From: Candidatus Bathyarchaeota archaeon
GTDB taxonomy: Archaea > Thermoproteota > Bathyarchaeia > TCS64
Assembly (NCBI GenBank): GCA_043826455.1
Contig: JBDRQD010000021.1
Span: 1-64,000, forward strand
DNA length: 64,000 bases
Direction of reading: 5' to 3'
The position numbers were made by a program, and so were the translations under genes. The notes under the pieces were generated by a model. That model saw nothing but the letters and a program-made list of their open reading frames with translations. It searched no databases and was not told the DNA's origin. Below, piece by piece: positions 48,009 to 58,285 of the stretch. The stretch's first letter is position 1, and every line of letters begins with the position of its first letter.

Positions 48009-49097
48009 TTGCCTAAAGAGTTCATATCGCTGGGCGCAGGGGACCCCGACGCGGAGGCCCCCCAGTACGCCATAAACGAGGCCCTGCTGGGCATCATCGA
48101 GGGTGGCAAGAACACCCACTACCCCCACTACACGGACTACCCGGAGCAGTTCCAGAAGGCCGTGGTGGACTACTATAAGCGGTTCACTGGCGTCGAGTAC
48201 GAGCCCGACAACGTGTTGCCTGCGGCGGGGAGCAGCGCAGCCCTATACGTGGCCCTTGCATCGGTTCTTGAGAAGGGTGACGAGGTGCTCATGTTCACCC
48301 CCTACTACGCTGGCCACAGGACCATCTTCGACGGCATGGGCGTCAAGATGAACATGGCGCCGCTGCACCCTGAGACCAACTATCACCTGGATGTGGACGA
48401 GGTCGCCGAGTATGTGACCCCCAAAACCAGAGCGGCCCTCATCTGCAACCCGGCCAACCCCACAGGGACAGTGTTTAACGCAGAGGAGCTGAAGACCATA
48501 GGCGACCTGGCCGTGGACCACGACTTCGCCGTGTTCGCCGACGAGATATACCTCCACTTCGTGTACGGGGACAACAAGTTCGTCTCCATCGCGGGCCTCA
48601 GCGACGCCTACAAGGAGCGCACCCTGGGCATCATGAGCTTCAGCAAGAGCTTCAGCATGACAGGGTGGAGGCTGGGTTACGACATTGTTCCCGAGAAGTA
48701 CATGAAGAGGGCGCAGCTTGTCACCAGCTTGGTCGCGCCCAGGCCGGCCACATTCATCTTCAGGGCCGGCACCGCGTGCCTCCGAGGCGACTTCAAGTAC
48801 GTGGAGGAGCGACGGAAGGAGTACGAGAAGCGGCGTAACTACTTCTGCAAGGCCGTGGACGACCTAGGTTGGCCGTGCCACATGTTCGATGGCGCCTTCT
48901 ACGCCTGGTTTGACGCCCGAAGCACAGGCCTCGGCTCACAGGAGTTCCTGAAGAAGCTCCGGGAGAGCCAGAACCTGGCCCTCAGCCCCGGCAACAACTT
49001 CGGAGCAGACGGCTTCATAAGGGTGCCCTTGGTAGCCCCTGTGGACACCCTCCGGGAGGTCGTCAAGAGGCTTAAGGCCTTCAAGGCCAGCCTCTAA
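48009..49097 (+). CDS. PLP-dependent aminotransferase class I/II
   Basis: ISLG.GDPD, NPANPTG, DEIY, SFSKSFSMTGWRLG. Confidence 0.93.
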   Translation: MPKEFISLGAGDPDAEAPQYAINEALLGIIEGGKNTHYPHYTDYPEQFQKAVVDYYKRFTGVEYEPDNVLPAAGSSAALYVALASVLEKGDEVLMFTPYYAGHRTIFDGMGVKMNMAPLHPETNYHLDVDEVAEYVTPKTRAALICNPANPTGTVFNAEELKTIGDLAVDHDFAVFADEIYLHFVYGDNKFVSIAGLSDAYKERTLGIMSFSKSFSMTGWRLGYDIVPEKYMKRAQLVTSLVAPRPATFIFRAGTACLRGDFKYVEERRKEYEKRRNYFCKAVDDLGWPCHMFDGAFYAWFDARSTGLGSQEFLKKLRESQNLALSPGNNFGADGFIRVPLVAPVDTLREVVKRLKAFKASL

Positions 49098-49134
49098 CCC
49101 CTTTTAAGCAACCTTCTCTATTTCTGAGCAGAGC

Positions 49135-49593
49135 ATGCTACGCAAACGACAGTCCATGAAGCGCCGGGAAGCAAGAGACCTTCTTGAACAGCTTGGGCGG
49201 CTCTTCAAGGTCTCGGGCGTCACGAAGGTGGAGGAGGCCGAGTTCGAGGACAAGAAGGTGTACATCCTCGACGACAGCCCCGACTTCATTAGGGACGGCA
49301 ACGGCCTCTACCCCCACCTCAGCAGCGGAAAGGTGAACCTGCTTCCGTCGGTGGTGGTGGACATGGGGGCCATTCCCTACGTGTGCAATGGCGCCGACGT
49401 CATGGCTCCGGGTATCAAGGAGATGGCGGCCTTTGACGAGGGGGACATCGTCGTCGTGAGGGATATCACCCACAGGAAGGCCCTGGCCGTGGGTAGAGCC
49501 CTCAAGAGTTCAGCCGAGATCGAGGCGTCCAGGAAGGGTAGGGTAATCCAGAACCTCCACTACGTGGGGGATAAGCTGTGGAAGCTGTCCTAG
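49135..49593 (+). CDS. DUF1947/PUA RNA-binding protein (MCT-1/Tma20-like)
   Basis: VVVDMGAIPYVCNGADVMAPGI, HYVGDKLW. Confidence 0.92.
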   Translation: MLRKRQSMKRREARDLLEQLGRLFKVSGVTKVEEAEFEDKKVYILDDSPDFIRDGNGLYPHLSSGKVNLLPSVVVDMGAIPYVCNGADVMAPGIKEMAAFDEGDIVVVRDITHRKALAVGRALKSSAEIEASRKGRVIQNLHYVGDKLWKLS

Positions 49594-49877
49594 AGGCCCC
49601 TGAGGAACTGGCTCTGGGGCAGGTAGATGATGAACGCTATCACGGCCGTGGATATGAAGGTGAGTATGAAAAGCCACATGCTCCAGTTGAACACCTTCCA
49701 CCAGAAACCGTACTTCTCGACGCCCCTCCTGTAGCTCTTCTCATAGGCTATTATAGCCTCCTTCATTGCCTTGGGGGAGCCTCTTATCTTGCTTGGTAGG
49801 CCGCGTAATTTCCTAGGCAAGTCTTTCAGGGATTCACGTAGTTTCCCCATCCGTTCGCGGAGGTCCACTGGCATCAT
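49590..49877 (-). CDS. Hypothetical single-TM protein
   Basis: Basic N-terminus, one C-terminal hydrophobic helix; fills the gap between genes. Confidence 0.65.
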   Translation of the reverse strand: MMPVDLRERMGKLRESLKDLPRKLRGLPSKIRGSPKAMKEAIIAYEKSYRRGVEKYGFWWKVFNWSMWLFILTFISTAVIAFIIYLPQSQFLRGL

Positions 49878-49977
49878 CTGTAATTTGATGAATAAGTCTA
49901 TATTCTTTGGGGCTGCCGGTGATCGGAAGCTTTAAAACAATGAATGAAATAAACCTCATATGAGAAATGTTTCATAG

Positions 49978-50682
49978 GTGGTTGGCTTGGTGAAGAGAAA
50001 GATAGTGCAGATAGACGAGGAAAAGTGCAACGGCTGCGGCCAGTGCATCCCCAACTGCGCCGAGGGCGCCCTCAAGATTATAGACGGTAAGGCTAGAATC
50101 GTCAGCGACGTGTACTGCGACGGCCTGGGCGCCTGCCTCGGCCACTGCCCCATGGACGCCATCAGCATCAATGAGAGGGAGGCCCCCGAGTTCGACGAGG
50201 AGGCCGTCCACCAGCACCTGAAGAGCCAGGAGACCCTAGCCTGCACCTGCCCCACCTCACAGGTTATGAGCCTGGAGGCCGAGGAGCGCGAATCTGCCCC
50301 GGAGCCCCAGGCTTCCAGTCTACGCCACTGGCCCATCCAGCTGAACCTGGTCCCCGTGAAGGCCCCCTTCTTCGAGGACGCCGACCTGCTCCTCATGGCC
50401 GACTGCGTAGCCGTGGCCCACCCGGGCCTCCACGCCACGCTCCTCAAGGATAGGACTGTTTTGATTGGCTGCCCCAAGTTCGACGACGCCAGGGGCTACG
50501 TGTCGAAGCTCGCGGAGATACTGCGCCGTAACCAGGTGCGCAGCCTGACGGTGGCCCACATGGAGGTGCCCTGCTGCAGCGGCCTGGAGAGGATCGCAGA
50601 GCTTGCCCTCAGGGCCTCGGGGAAGATGATACCCACCCAGAGGCTGATAGTGTCGGTGAAGGGCGAGGTAACGCGGGCCTAG
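49978..50682 (+). CDS. 2x[4Fe-4S] ferredoxin-domain oxidoreductase-like protein
   Basis: CNGCGQC...CAEGAL, CDGLGACLGHCP, WPIQL.LV, GCPKFD, MEVPCC. Confidence 0.88.
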   Translation: MVGLVKRKIVQIDEEKCNGCGQCIPNCAEGALKIIDGKARIVSDVYCDGLGACLGHCPMDAISINEREAPEFDEEAVHQHLKSQETLACTCPTSQVMSLEAEERESAPEPQASSLRHWPIQLNLVPVKAPFFEDADLLLMADCVAVAHPGLHATLLKDRTVLIGCPKFDDARGYVSKLAEILRRNQVRSLTVAHMEVPCCSGLERIAELALRASGKMIPTQRLIVSVKGEVTRA

Positions 50683-50756
50683 GCCCCCTGATCCCGGTTT
50701 TCACATAAACTTTAAGAGGAATCAGCGTTTCCTTACGATGATTCGGTGAACATTAC

Positions 50757-51905
50757 ATGGGTATGCTTGACGATATCCGCATCGTAGACTTCACGCACGT
50801 GTACTTCGGGCCCTACTCCACCATGATCATGGCGGACATGGGGGCCGAGGTCATCAAGATCGAGCCCCCGTGGGGTGAGATGACGCGCCTCAGCCCGCCT
50901 CACTTCGGGGGCGTCAGCAGCACCTTCCACTATCTGGATAGGAACAAGAAGGGGATAGCCCTTAACCTGAAGGACCCCAAAGCCATGGATATTGTGAAGG
51001 AGCTCATCAAGCAGTCTGATGTAGTGATAGAGAACTTCAAGAGAGGCACTATGGAGAAGCTGGGCCTCGGCTACGAGGACGTGAAGAAGATCAACCCCAG
51101 GATCATCTACGCCAGCCTCAGCGGCTTCGGCCTGGACGGCCCCTACAAGGATCGGCCCAGCTTCGCGCCCATCGCGGGCAGCTACTGCGGCTGGTACAGG
51201 CTCACCGGGGACATCGTGGACCCCCAGGGGCCCCCGATAAGGCCGGCTGAGTGGCACGGTGATTTGGACCCCGGCCTCTGGGCCGTTATAGGCGTTCTGG
51301 GTGCTCTCCGCCACAGGGATAAGACGGGTGAGGGGCAGCTGGTGGACGTGTCTCAGCTGGACGTGATGATGGCTCAGACAGGCGTAGCCATCGTCGGGTA
51401 CACGCTTACCGGCAAGCTGCCCTGGCAGCGCCAGGCTGATAGGCTCCCCGGTCCCCAGACCTTCGGGATGTTCAAGGCCAAGGACGGGTACGTGTACATC
51501 GCCGCAGACCCCCAGATGCATCAGAAGCTCATGGCAGCCATGGGCGTGGACGACCTGGGAGAGGGCGCCGAGGTCATGGAGGCTTGGGTCAAGGACAAGA
51601 CTGTGGACGAGATCGTGGAGACCCTGAAGGACGCCTGCCCCGTGGCGCCTGTGCAGAACATCGACAAGGCCGTCGAGGACCCCCAGGTCAAGCACAGGGG
51701 CACCATGATAGAGTTGGAGCACAGCAAGGCCGGGAAGGTTAGGATGCCCGGGTTCCCCCTGAAGATGGAGAAGACGCCGGCCACCATCACGATGGCCGCG
51801 CCCCTCTTGGGGGAGCACACGGCCCAGGTGCTCAAGGAGCTCCTAGGCTACTCTGACGAGAAGATAGATGAGCTCAGGAAGAGCGGCACCGTCGTCCTGG
51901 CCTAA
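50757..51905 (+). CDS. CaiB/BaiF family (class III) CoA-transferase
   Basis: GP.....ADMGAEVIKIEPP, RNKK, ENF, SLSGFG..GP, TGEGQ.VD, APLLGEHT. Confidence 0.93.
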   Translation: MGMLDDIRIVDFTHVYFGPYSTMIMADMGAEVIKIEPPWGEMTRLSPPHFGGVSSTFHYLDRNKKGIALNLKDPKAMDIVKELIKQSDVVIENFKRGTMEKLGLGYEDVKKINPRIIYASLSGFGLDGPYKDRPSFAPIAGSYCGWYRLTGDIVDPQGPPIRPAEWHGDLDPGLWAVIGVLGALRHRDKTGEGQLVDVSQLDVMMAQTGVAIVGYTLTGKLPWQRQADRLPGPQTFGMFKAKDGYVYIAADPQMHQKLMAAMGVDDLGEGAEVMEAWVKDKTVDEIVETLKDACPVAPVQNIDKAVEDPQVKHRGTMIELEHSKAGKVRMPGFPLKMEKTPATITMAAPLLGEHTAQVLKELLGYSDEKIDELRKSGTVVLA

Positions 51906-51951
51906 ACCACCCCTTTAATATTCTCTTGCTCCTTTCATCAATTGATACAGT

Positions 51952-52623
51952 TTGCCCAGTTTCTCTGACCAGCGCAGGGCCATGGTGGAACGGTATAGGA
52001 GGGCCGGCTACCTCACCACCGGGGCCATGGCGGAGGCCATGCTCAGGGTGCCCAGGGAGGAGTTCATGGACCCCTCCAGCCGCGAGTACGCCTACTATGA
52101 TCAGCCTTTTCCCATCCCGGGGGACGGCAGGCAGACCATCTCGGCCCCCTACATGTACCCCGCCACCTATGAGCCGCTGAAGCTGGCGCCGGGCATGAAG
52201 GTGCTGGAGATCGGTGCGGGCTCAGGTTACGGCGCCGCCCTTGCCCGGGAGCTGGTTGGGGAGGATGGCTTAGTTGTGGCGGTGGAGATCAATCAGAGAA
52301 CATGCGAGTTCGCTGAGGAGAACCTGCGGCGGACCGGGTACAAGGACGTCGTGGTGGTCCTAGGGGACGGGTCCCTGGGGTACCCTGAGAAGGCGCCCTA
52401 TGACGCCATAAGCGTCACCGCCTCGACGCCCAGGGTCCCCCCGCCACTACTGGAGCAGCTTGCCAGCCCCGGGAGACTGGTGGCCCCCGTGGGGGGCGAG
52501 GGATTCTACGGCCAGGACCTTCTGCTGGTGGAGAGGAGCCAGGCGGGTGAACTCTCCGAGAGGAGCCTCATGAAGGTGGTGTACGTGCCCCTCCTTGGGG
52601 AGCACGGGTGGCGGAGACGCTGA
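51952..52623 (+). CDS. pcm: Protein-L-isoaspartate O-methyltransferase
   Basis: VPREEF, QTISAP, VLEIGAGSGY, GDGSLG....APYDAI. Confidence 0.94.
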   Translation: MPSFSDQRRAMVERYRRAGYLTTGAMAEAMLRVPREEFMDPSSREYAYYDQPFPIPGDGRQTISAPYMYPATYEPLKLAPGMKVLEIGAGSGYGAALARELVGEDGLVVAVEINQRTCEFAEENLRRTGYKDVVVVLGDGSLGYPEKAPYDAISVTASTPRVPPPLLEQLASPGRLVAPVGGEGFYGQDLLLVERSQAGELSERSLMKVVYVPLLGEHGWRRR

Positions 52624-52668
52624 GGGGTACAGTATTTAAGAGCCTCAAGCCAACACAAAGGGGATAGT

Positions 52669-53505
52669 ATGAAGGCGGGCATAGTCTCTCGGACCGACAT
52701 CCCCAGCGCAGTGACGGTGACCAGACGCATCATGGACTACCTTGATTCCTGTGGGGTGGACGTGTGCGTGGAGACGGACACGGCTCTAGCCATGGAGCTC
52801 ACCGAGGGCAACTCGGAGCTCTCCGAGATGGACTGCGACTTCATGGTGACCGTCGGCGGCGACGGAACCATCCTGCGGGCCGCCATGGAGATGAAGGACC
52901 CCGGGACCCCCATCCTGGGCGTCAACATGGGGCGCCGAGGCTTCCTCAGCGAGGTGCTGGTGCCCGAGGCCGAGTGGGGCCTTGACAAGGTGCTGAAGGG
53001 AGACTACTTCCTGGAGGAGAGCATGAAGGTTAGCGGCAGGTGCCTGGAGATGGAGGACAGCTTCCCCGACGCCCTCAACGAGGTGCTGGTGGCGCCGCCC
53101 CTCCCCAGCAAGATGATCATCATGGGCCTCTCGGTGGACGGTGAGCACATCACTGACATCCAGGCCGACGGCGCCATGGTGGCCACGCCCGCAGGGTCCA
53201 CCGCCTACAACATGTCTGCGGGGGGCAGCATCGTGTCCCCCGAGCTGGACTCCCTGCTGCTTACAGCCATATGCCCCTACAGCTACTTCAGGAGCTTGAT
53301 AATCCCCCCGAAGTCGGTGGTCACCATAGAGCTGCTGAAGCCCCGGTCCGAGGCCCTGGTCATCGTGGACGGCCGCGCCTACGTGCCCCTCAAGCCCATG
53401 TCCACCATCGAGTGCAGGGTGAGCCCCAACAGGACCCGGTTCATAAGGTTCAGGAGCTTCTACAGCAGGATCCAGAAGAGGATTATGACCCTCCAGTCTA
53501 CGTGA
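52669..53505 (+). CDS. nadK: NAD(+) kinase
   Basis: GGDGT.L, G.RGFL, ALNE, ADG..VATP.GSTAYN.SAGG. Confidence 0.94.
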   Translation: MKAGIVSRTDIPSAVTVTRRIMDYLDSCGVDVCVETDTALAMELTEGNSELSEMDCDFMVTVGGDGTILRAAMEMKDPGTPILGVNMGRRGFLSEVLVPEAEWGLDKVLKGDYFLEESMKVSGRCLEMEDSFPDALNEVLVAPPLPSKMIIMGLSVDGEHITDIQADGAMVATPAGSTAYNMSAGGSIVSPELDSLLLTAICPYSYFRSLIIPPKSVVTIELLKPRSEALVIVDGRAYVPLKPMSTIECRVSPNRTRFIRFRSFYSRIQKRIMTLQST

Positions 53506-54035
53506 GAACGTTGAAGGCCCTAGTCCTCGACGCCTCTGCCCTGATCCAGGGGTTTAACCCGGGTGCCAGTGGGCAGGCTTACACTGTCCCGGCGGTGCTG
53601 GACGAGATCAGAGAAGAGATTACCCGCATCAGGGTTGAGGCTCTCATCGAGGGAGGTAGGATCACAGTGAGGACGCCAGAAGAGGCGAGCAGAGCCAGGC
53701 TGGAGGAGGAGGCCGCCGCGATGGGCGAATCCAGGGCCTTATCCTCCGCCGACAAGCAAGTGCTCTCACTGGCCCTACAGTTGGCATCCGAGGGCCTGGC
53801 TCCCGTGGTGGTCTCGGACGACTACTCGGTACAGAACATGGCCGACCACCTGGGCCTACCCTACATGAGCCTGGCAGTGGGCGGCATCAAGAAGCAGTTC
53901 AGGTGGGTTACCTACTGCCCCGGGTGCCGGCGGAGCTTCGACGAGCCTCAGGAGGAGAACACGTGCCCCGTCTGCGGAACCACGCTGAAGAAGAGGCCGG
54001 TTGACGGCAGGAGGGCTAGGCGAGGCGAGGGATAA
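53502..54035 (+). CDS. nob1: NOB1 family endonuclease (PIN domain + Zn ribbon)
   Basis: VLDASA, LS.AD, SDDYSVQN, CPGC..CPVCG; GTG start overlapping the nadK stop. Confidence 0.92.
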   Translation: MRTLKALVLDASALIQGFNPGASGQAYTVPAVLDEIREEITRIRVEALIEGGRITVRTPEEASRARLEEEAAAMGESRALSSADKQVLSLALQLASEGLAPVVVSDDYSVQNMADHLGLPYMSLAVGGIKKQFRWVTYCPGCRRSFDEPQEENTCPVCGTTLKKRPVDGRRARRGEG

Positions 54036-54072
54036 ACTTCCCCGAGCCTTTCTCAGCTAGGACCTGGTCTAG

Positions 54073-54750
54073 TCAAGCTCCTGCGAAGTGCTCGTTGTAT
54101 CCCTCAACGATGAGTCGTTTCACCTCGTCTGGGTACTCGACGATGAGCCTGCGCCTGTGCTCGTCCACAAGCTTGTTCCCCATGGAGAGCTGGTAGCCTG
54201 CGTCCCAGACGGCGTCAAGGAAGTCAGCAAGGTATCGTCGCCCTTCATCCTGGAACAGCATCTGGGCAGCCGGTAGGAAAATGTGGGTGGCGCCAGGGAA
54301 GAGGCCCTCCGCCTGCCTGAAGTTGACTAGGTCGGGGAACCCGCAGACGGCGGCGAGGACGGTGTGGGTGGTCTTCTTGTAGCGTCTCGGGTGGTGGGTC
54401 TCACCGTCCTGAACGTACATGTCGGGCAGGTTCATGGGCAGGGTTCTCTCCCTCATGCGCTGGAGGTAGTGGACAATGTTGTAGTGGTATATGGGGGTGC
54501 CCAGGTAGATGATGTCGGCGTCCGCCATCCTGGGGATGACCCAGTCCATGTCGTCCCTGTGGACGCACTGGCCGGGGGTCTTCCACCAGCAGCTGAAGCA
54601 GCCCTTGCAGCCGTTGATCATGAGGTCGGTGACGTAGTGGCGCTCGACATCTGCGCCGGCCACCTTGGCCCCCTCGATGAACCTGTTCATGATGACCTCG
54701 GTGGCGCCGCCGGTCTTCCTGGGGCTGGCGTTGAAGGCGAGAAGCTTCAA
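54073..54750 (-). CDS. Flavodoxin-like iron-sulfur flavoprotein
   Basis: NASPR, CKGCFSCW.KTPGQC..DDM, TPIY. Confidence 0.88.
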   Translation of the reverse strand: MKLLAFNASPRKTGGATEVIMNRFIEGAKVAGADVERHYVTDLMINGCKGCFSCWWKTPGQCVHRDDMDWVIPRMADADIIYLGTPIYHYNIVHYLQRMRERTLPMNLPDMYVQDGETHHPRRYKKTTHTVLAAVCGFPDLVNFRQAEGLFPGATHIFLPAAQMLFQDEGRRYLADFLDAVWDAGYQLSMGNKLVDEHRRRLIVEYPDEVKRLIVEGYNEHFAGA

Positions 54751-54840
54751 CTCACATCACGTATCTATACAAAAGCCTCTCTGTAAGTTTTTCCCTGGCT
54801 CATACGATTTTTAAGCTGGTCCGCGTTCTAGGCTTGGAAG

Positions 54841-55581
54841 GTGTGGAAGCCAGTGTACGCCATACAGGCTAGGGAGCTCACCAAGTACTTCGGGAGGACG
54901 GAGGCCCTCCGAGGCGCCAGCTTCACCGTGGACGAGAACGAGATATACGGCCTCATAGGGCCCAACGGGGCGGGGAAGACGACGGCTCTCAGGATTTTCA
55001 GCACTCTCATCAGCGCATCGTCGGGCTCCGCCCAGGTCTTCGGATTAGACGTGGCGAGGCAGCCGGAGAAGGTGCGGGAGATTCTCAGCTACCTGCCCGA
55101 GGAGGCCGGGGCGTACCAGTATTTGAGCGGCCTGGAGTTCCTGGAGTTCATGGCCGGCTTCTACTCCAGCAACAAGACAGATATGCAGAGGATCGTGGAA
55201 GAGGGTAAGAGGATCAGCGGCCTGGGTGACCGCCTCCAGGACAGGGTGAACGGTTACAGCAAGGGGATGAAGAGGAGGCTCCTCATCGCTAGGGCGTTGA
55301 TGATGAAGCCCAGGCTGGCCATCCTAGACGAGCCGACGAGTGGCCTGGACGTGACCCAGAGCATCCATGTCCGAAACATGATCCGGGAGTACGCGGATAG
55401 AGCGGGGGTGACCGTGCTGCTGTCCAGCCACAACATGCTGGAGGTGGAGTACCTGTGCAGCAAGGTGGCCCTCATCAGCAACGGCGTGGTCATGGTCGAA
55501 GGGTCTCCTGATGAGCTCCGGAACAGGTACGGGGTTAAGAACTTGGAGGAGGTCTTTATGGAGGTGACTCGCAGTGCGTAA
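54841..55581 (+). CDS. ABC-2 type exporter ATP-binding protein
   Basis: GPNGAGKTT, YSKGM, ILDEPTSGLD, SSH. Confidence 0.94.
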   Translation: MWKPVYAIQARELTKYFGRTEALRGASFTVDENEIYGLIGPNGAGKTTALRIFSTLISASSGSAQVFGLDVARQPEKVREILSYLPEEAGAYQYLSGLEFLEFMAGFYSSNKTDMQRIVEEGKRISGLGDRLQDRVNGYSKGMKRRLLIARALMMKPRLAILDEPTSGLDVTQSIHVRNMIREYADRAGVTVLLSSHNMLEVEYLCSKVALISNGVVMVEGSPDELRNRYGVKNLEEVFMEVTRSA

Positions 55582-56884
55582 CCTGATCGCCATAATCGTC
55601 AAGGAGGTGAAGGAGCTGGTGAGGGACCCCAAGATACTGATAGGTGTGATCCTGATGCCTATCATCATCTTCCCCATCATGGGGTCGGCCATTCAGATCA
55701 GCCAGGAGTCCGTGGAGAGGGCCATCATGGGGGCAAGCTTCGCCGTCTATACAGACGACGAGGGCTTCGTCACAGACGCCTTGCTCAGCTACCTCTATAA
55801 CAACAACACGGTGGTGCCCATTGATGCTGGCAGCCTGGAGGAGGCGCTCATCAGCTTCAAGGAGACGGACAGCTCGGCCATGATCTACATCCCCAGCGGC
55901 TACAACGATAACGTAACCCTGGGCCAGAAGGGGGTGCTGAGGGTTTATGCTAACCTCAGGAAGCTGAACATGGCTGAGACCCAGAGCACCAACGTGGTGA
56001 GCAGCCTCATCACCGTCTACAACTACTACTTCAGCATCAGCAAGATCAGGAACCTGCTGGCCCAGACGGGCAGCATGGGGACCCCGGAGGCAGTGAGGAG
56101 CCCCATAGAGATTCGTTACGCGTCCATACTGAAGGGGAACGTGCTGGACATACCGCCCAACGCCATCTTCAGCCTGGTCATGGGGCAGAGCATCATGCTG
56201 CCCATCATGGTGATGATGATGGTCATATTCGCCATCCAGATGGCCGCCACCAGCATCGCCCTGGAGAAGGAGCAGAAGACCCTGGAGACGCTTATGACGC
56301 TGCCGGTGAGCAGGCTCACCATCCTGGCCGGGAAGCTGAGCGGGAGCATAGTGATAGCCTTAGCCGGGGCTGTGAGCTACCTCATAGGCTTCGGGTTCTA
56401 CATGAACGCGGCGTTCAGCTTCGTCCCGGAGGCCACCACCATGAACATCAGCGACGTGGACATTAGTATCACGCCCTTCGGCATGGTGCTGGTGGGGGTG
56501 GTCATCTTCGTGACCCTGGTCTCGGCTCTGGCCATGGCCCTGAGCGTGGCGGTGTTCGCCGACAACGTGAGGAGCGCCCAGAGCTTCACGGGGGTGCTCA
56601 TCACGCCCATCATGATCCCGGCCGTCGTGCTCATGTTCAGCGACATTGAGATGCTGCCCCAGAGCGTCCAGTGGATTATGCTTGTGATTCCTTACACCCA
56701 CAGCATCATTGCGACGAAGGCGGCGTTCCTGGCCGACTACGTGGTGGTGGTGCGCAGCATCCTGTTCATCAGCGTCTGGACGCTGGCTGTGCTCTACGTG
56801 GCGGCCAAGATTTTCAGTACGGAGCGCATAATTACGGCCAGGTTCACCCTGGGAGACTTCGGGAGACGGTTCAAACGTAAGTGA
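55574..56884 (+). CDS. ABC-2 type exporter permease (NatB-like)
   Basis: KE.KEL.RD, SIA.EKE.KTLETL.TLP, GK, IPYTH. Confidence 0.9.
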   Translation: MRNLIAIIVKEVKELVRDPKILIGVILMPIIIFPIMGSAIQISQESVERAIMGASFAVYTDDEGFVTDALLSYLYNNNTVVPIDAGSLEEALISFKETDSSAMIYIPSGYNDNVTLGQKGVLRVYANLRKLNMAETQSTNVVSSLITVYNYYFSISKIRNLLAQTGSMGTPEAVRSPIEIRYASILKGNVLDIPPNAIFSLVMGQSIMLPIMVMMMVIFAIQMAATSIALEKEQKTLETLMTLPVSRLTILAGKLSGSIVIALAGAVSYLIGFGFYMNAAFSFVPEATTMNISDVDISITPFGMVLVGVVIFVTLVSALAMALSVAVFADNVRSAQSFTGVLITPIMIPAVVLMFSDIEMLPQSVQWIMLVIPYTHSIIATKAAFLADYVVVVRSILFISVWTLAVLYVAAKIFSTERIITARFTLGDFGRRFKRK

Positions 56885-56895
56885 CTTTTCCTCTC

Positions 56896-58011
56896 TTATT
56901 CTAGCTCTCTTATCTCGATGCTTGTCATGGACGTGATGGCCTCGAAGAAGGGCTCATCCTCCTCGGTGACGAGGGTGACCGAGGTCCCCTTCTCCTCCAT
57001 GCGGCCCGTGCGGCCCACCCTGTGGAAGTAGACCTCCGGGTCCTGGGGGACCTCGTAGTTGAAGATGTGGCTCACGCCCTGGATGTCCAGGCCCCTACCG
57101 GCCACGTCGGTGGCCACTATGTACTTGAGGGTCCTGAGCTTGAAGGCCTCCAGGACCTGCCTTCTCTTGGACTGGGAGTGTTTTCCGTGGATGACCTCCA
57201 TGGGGACCCCTGCCTCGGTCAGTTTCTGGGCCAGCTCGTCCGCGGACTCCCGGGTGTTGCAGAAGATGACTGCCTGGTCTATGTCTCTGCCGCGGATTAA
57301 CTCCATGAGCCTCTGGAGCTTCTCATCCGGCTCCACCCTGACGTAGTACTGGTCCACCAGGGGCTGGGCCACCTCATCCCGAGACAGGAGCACCTCCTGG
57401 GGGCTCACCATGTAGCGCCGGGCGTACCCTATTACATCGTCGCTAAGGGTGGCGGACCACATACTGGTCTGGCGGACGAAGGGGGTCCTAGAAAGGATGA
57501 ACCCCACGTCGTCGACGAAGCCCATCTCCAGCATCTTGTCGGCCTCGTCCACCACGGCAACCTTCACGTGGCGGAGTTCGACGACCCGCCTCTTGATGAG
57601 GTGTATAAGCCGGCCGGGGGTGCCCACCAGCACATGGGCGCCCTCCTCCAGCCGGGTGATCTGTTTGATGATGTTCTCGCCGCCGTAGACTACCTGGACC
57701 TTGACGCCGGTGTACCGGGCGAACCGTCGGATCATCAATGCGACCTGCTGGGCCAGCTCCCTGGTGGGGGCTATGACCAAGCCCTGTATATGCTCCTCTG
57801 ATGCGTCCATCTTCATCACGAGGGGTACGCCGAAAGCCGCCGTCTTGCCGGTGCCCGTCTGGGCCTGCCCTATCACGTCCATCCCGTCCAGGAGGAGGGG
57901 CATGGCCTTGGCCTGTATGGGGGTGAGCTCCTTGAACCTGAGCTTCCTGAGCCCCTTCAGCACCTCCTGGCTCAGGGGAAGGTCCTTAAAACTTGTCTTG
58001 TCTGCGATCAT
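56896..58011 (-). CDS. DEAD-box RNA helicase (core only)
   Basis: Q motif TPIQ, AQTGTGKT, PTRELA, TPGR, DEAD, SAT, RGLD, HRVGRTGR; start ATG 58011. Confidence 0.95.
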   Translation of the reverse strand: MIADKTSFKDLPLSQEVLKGLRKLRFKELTPIQAKAMPLLLDGMDVIGQAQTGTGKTAAFGVPLVMKMDASEEHIQGLVIAPTRELAQQVALMIRRFARYTGVKVQVVYGGENIIKQITRLEEGAHVLVGTPGRLIHLIKRRVVELRHVKVAVVDEADKMLEMGFVDDVGFILSRTPFVRQTSMWSATLSDDVIGYARRYMVSPQEVLLSRDEVAQPLVDQYYVRVEPDEKLQRLMELIRGRDIDQAVIFCNTRESADELAQKLTEAGVPMEVIHGKHSQSKRRQVLEAFKLRTLKYIVATDVAGRGLDIQGVSHIFNYEVPQDPEVYFHRVGRTGRMEEKGTSVTLVTEEDEPFFEAITSMTSIEIRELE

Positions 58012-58111
58012 ACAGGCCCTGTACCGATTTACATAAGATCGACTGATAAAGAGTCTGGTAAAGTGTGTCAACGGTGAAAAATGCTGCGTCGAAGGTTAAA
58101 GACGGGGTGTA

Positions 58112-58285
58112 TTAGCGGCGGCGGCGTCTATTGTATTCGTCTCTCGGCTTGTAGACGATCCGGGTCATGTAGTTTTGTTTGTTGCGCCTCAGGGGACTGG
58201 GGCTCTTCGAGATGTTGGTGGTCTCGATCTTCGGGGTCTGGGCTCTCACCTTCCCAGCCTTTGTCAGGGAGCCGTGTGTTGGCAT
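58112..58285 (-). CDS. rps30e: 30S ribosomal protein S30e (eS30)
   Basis: Own translation [70 protein letters not shown] signature; not in ORF track. Confidence 0.93.
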   Translation of the reverse strand: MPTHGSLTKAGKVRAQTPKIETTNISKSPSPLRRNKQNYMTRIVYKPRDEYNRRRRR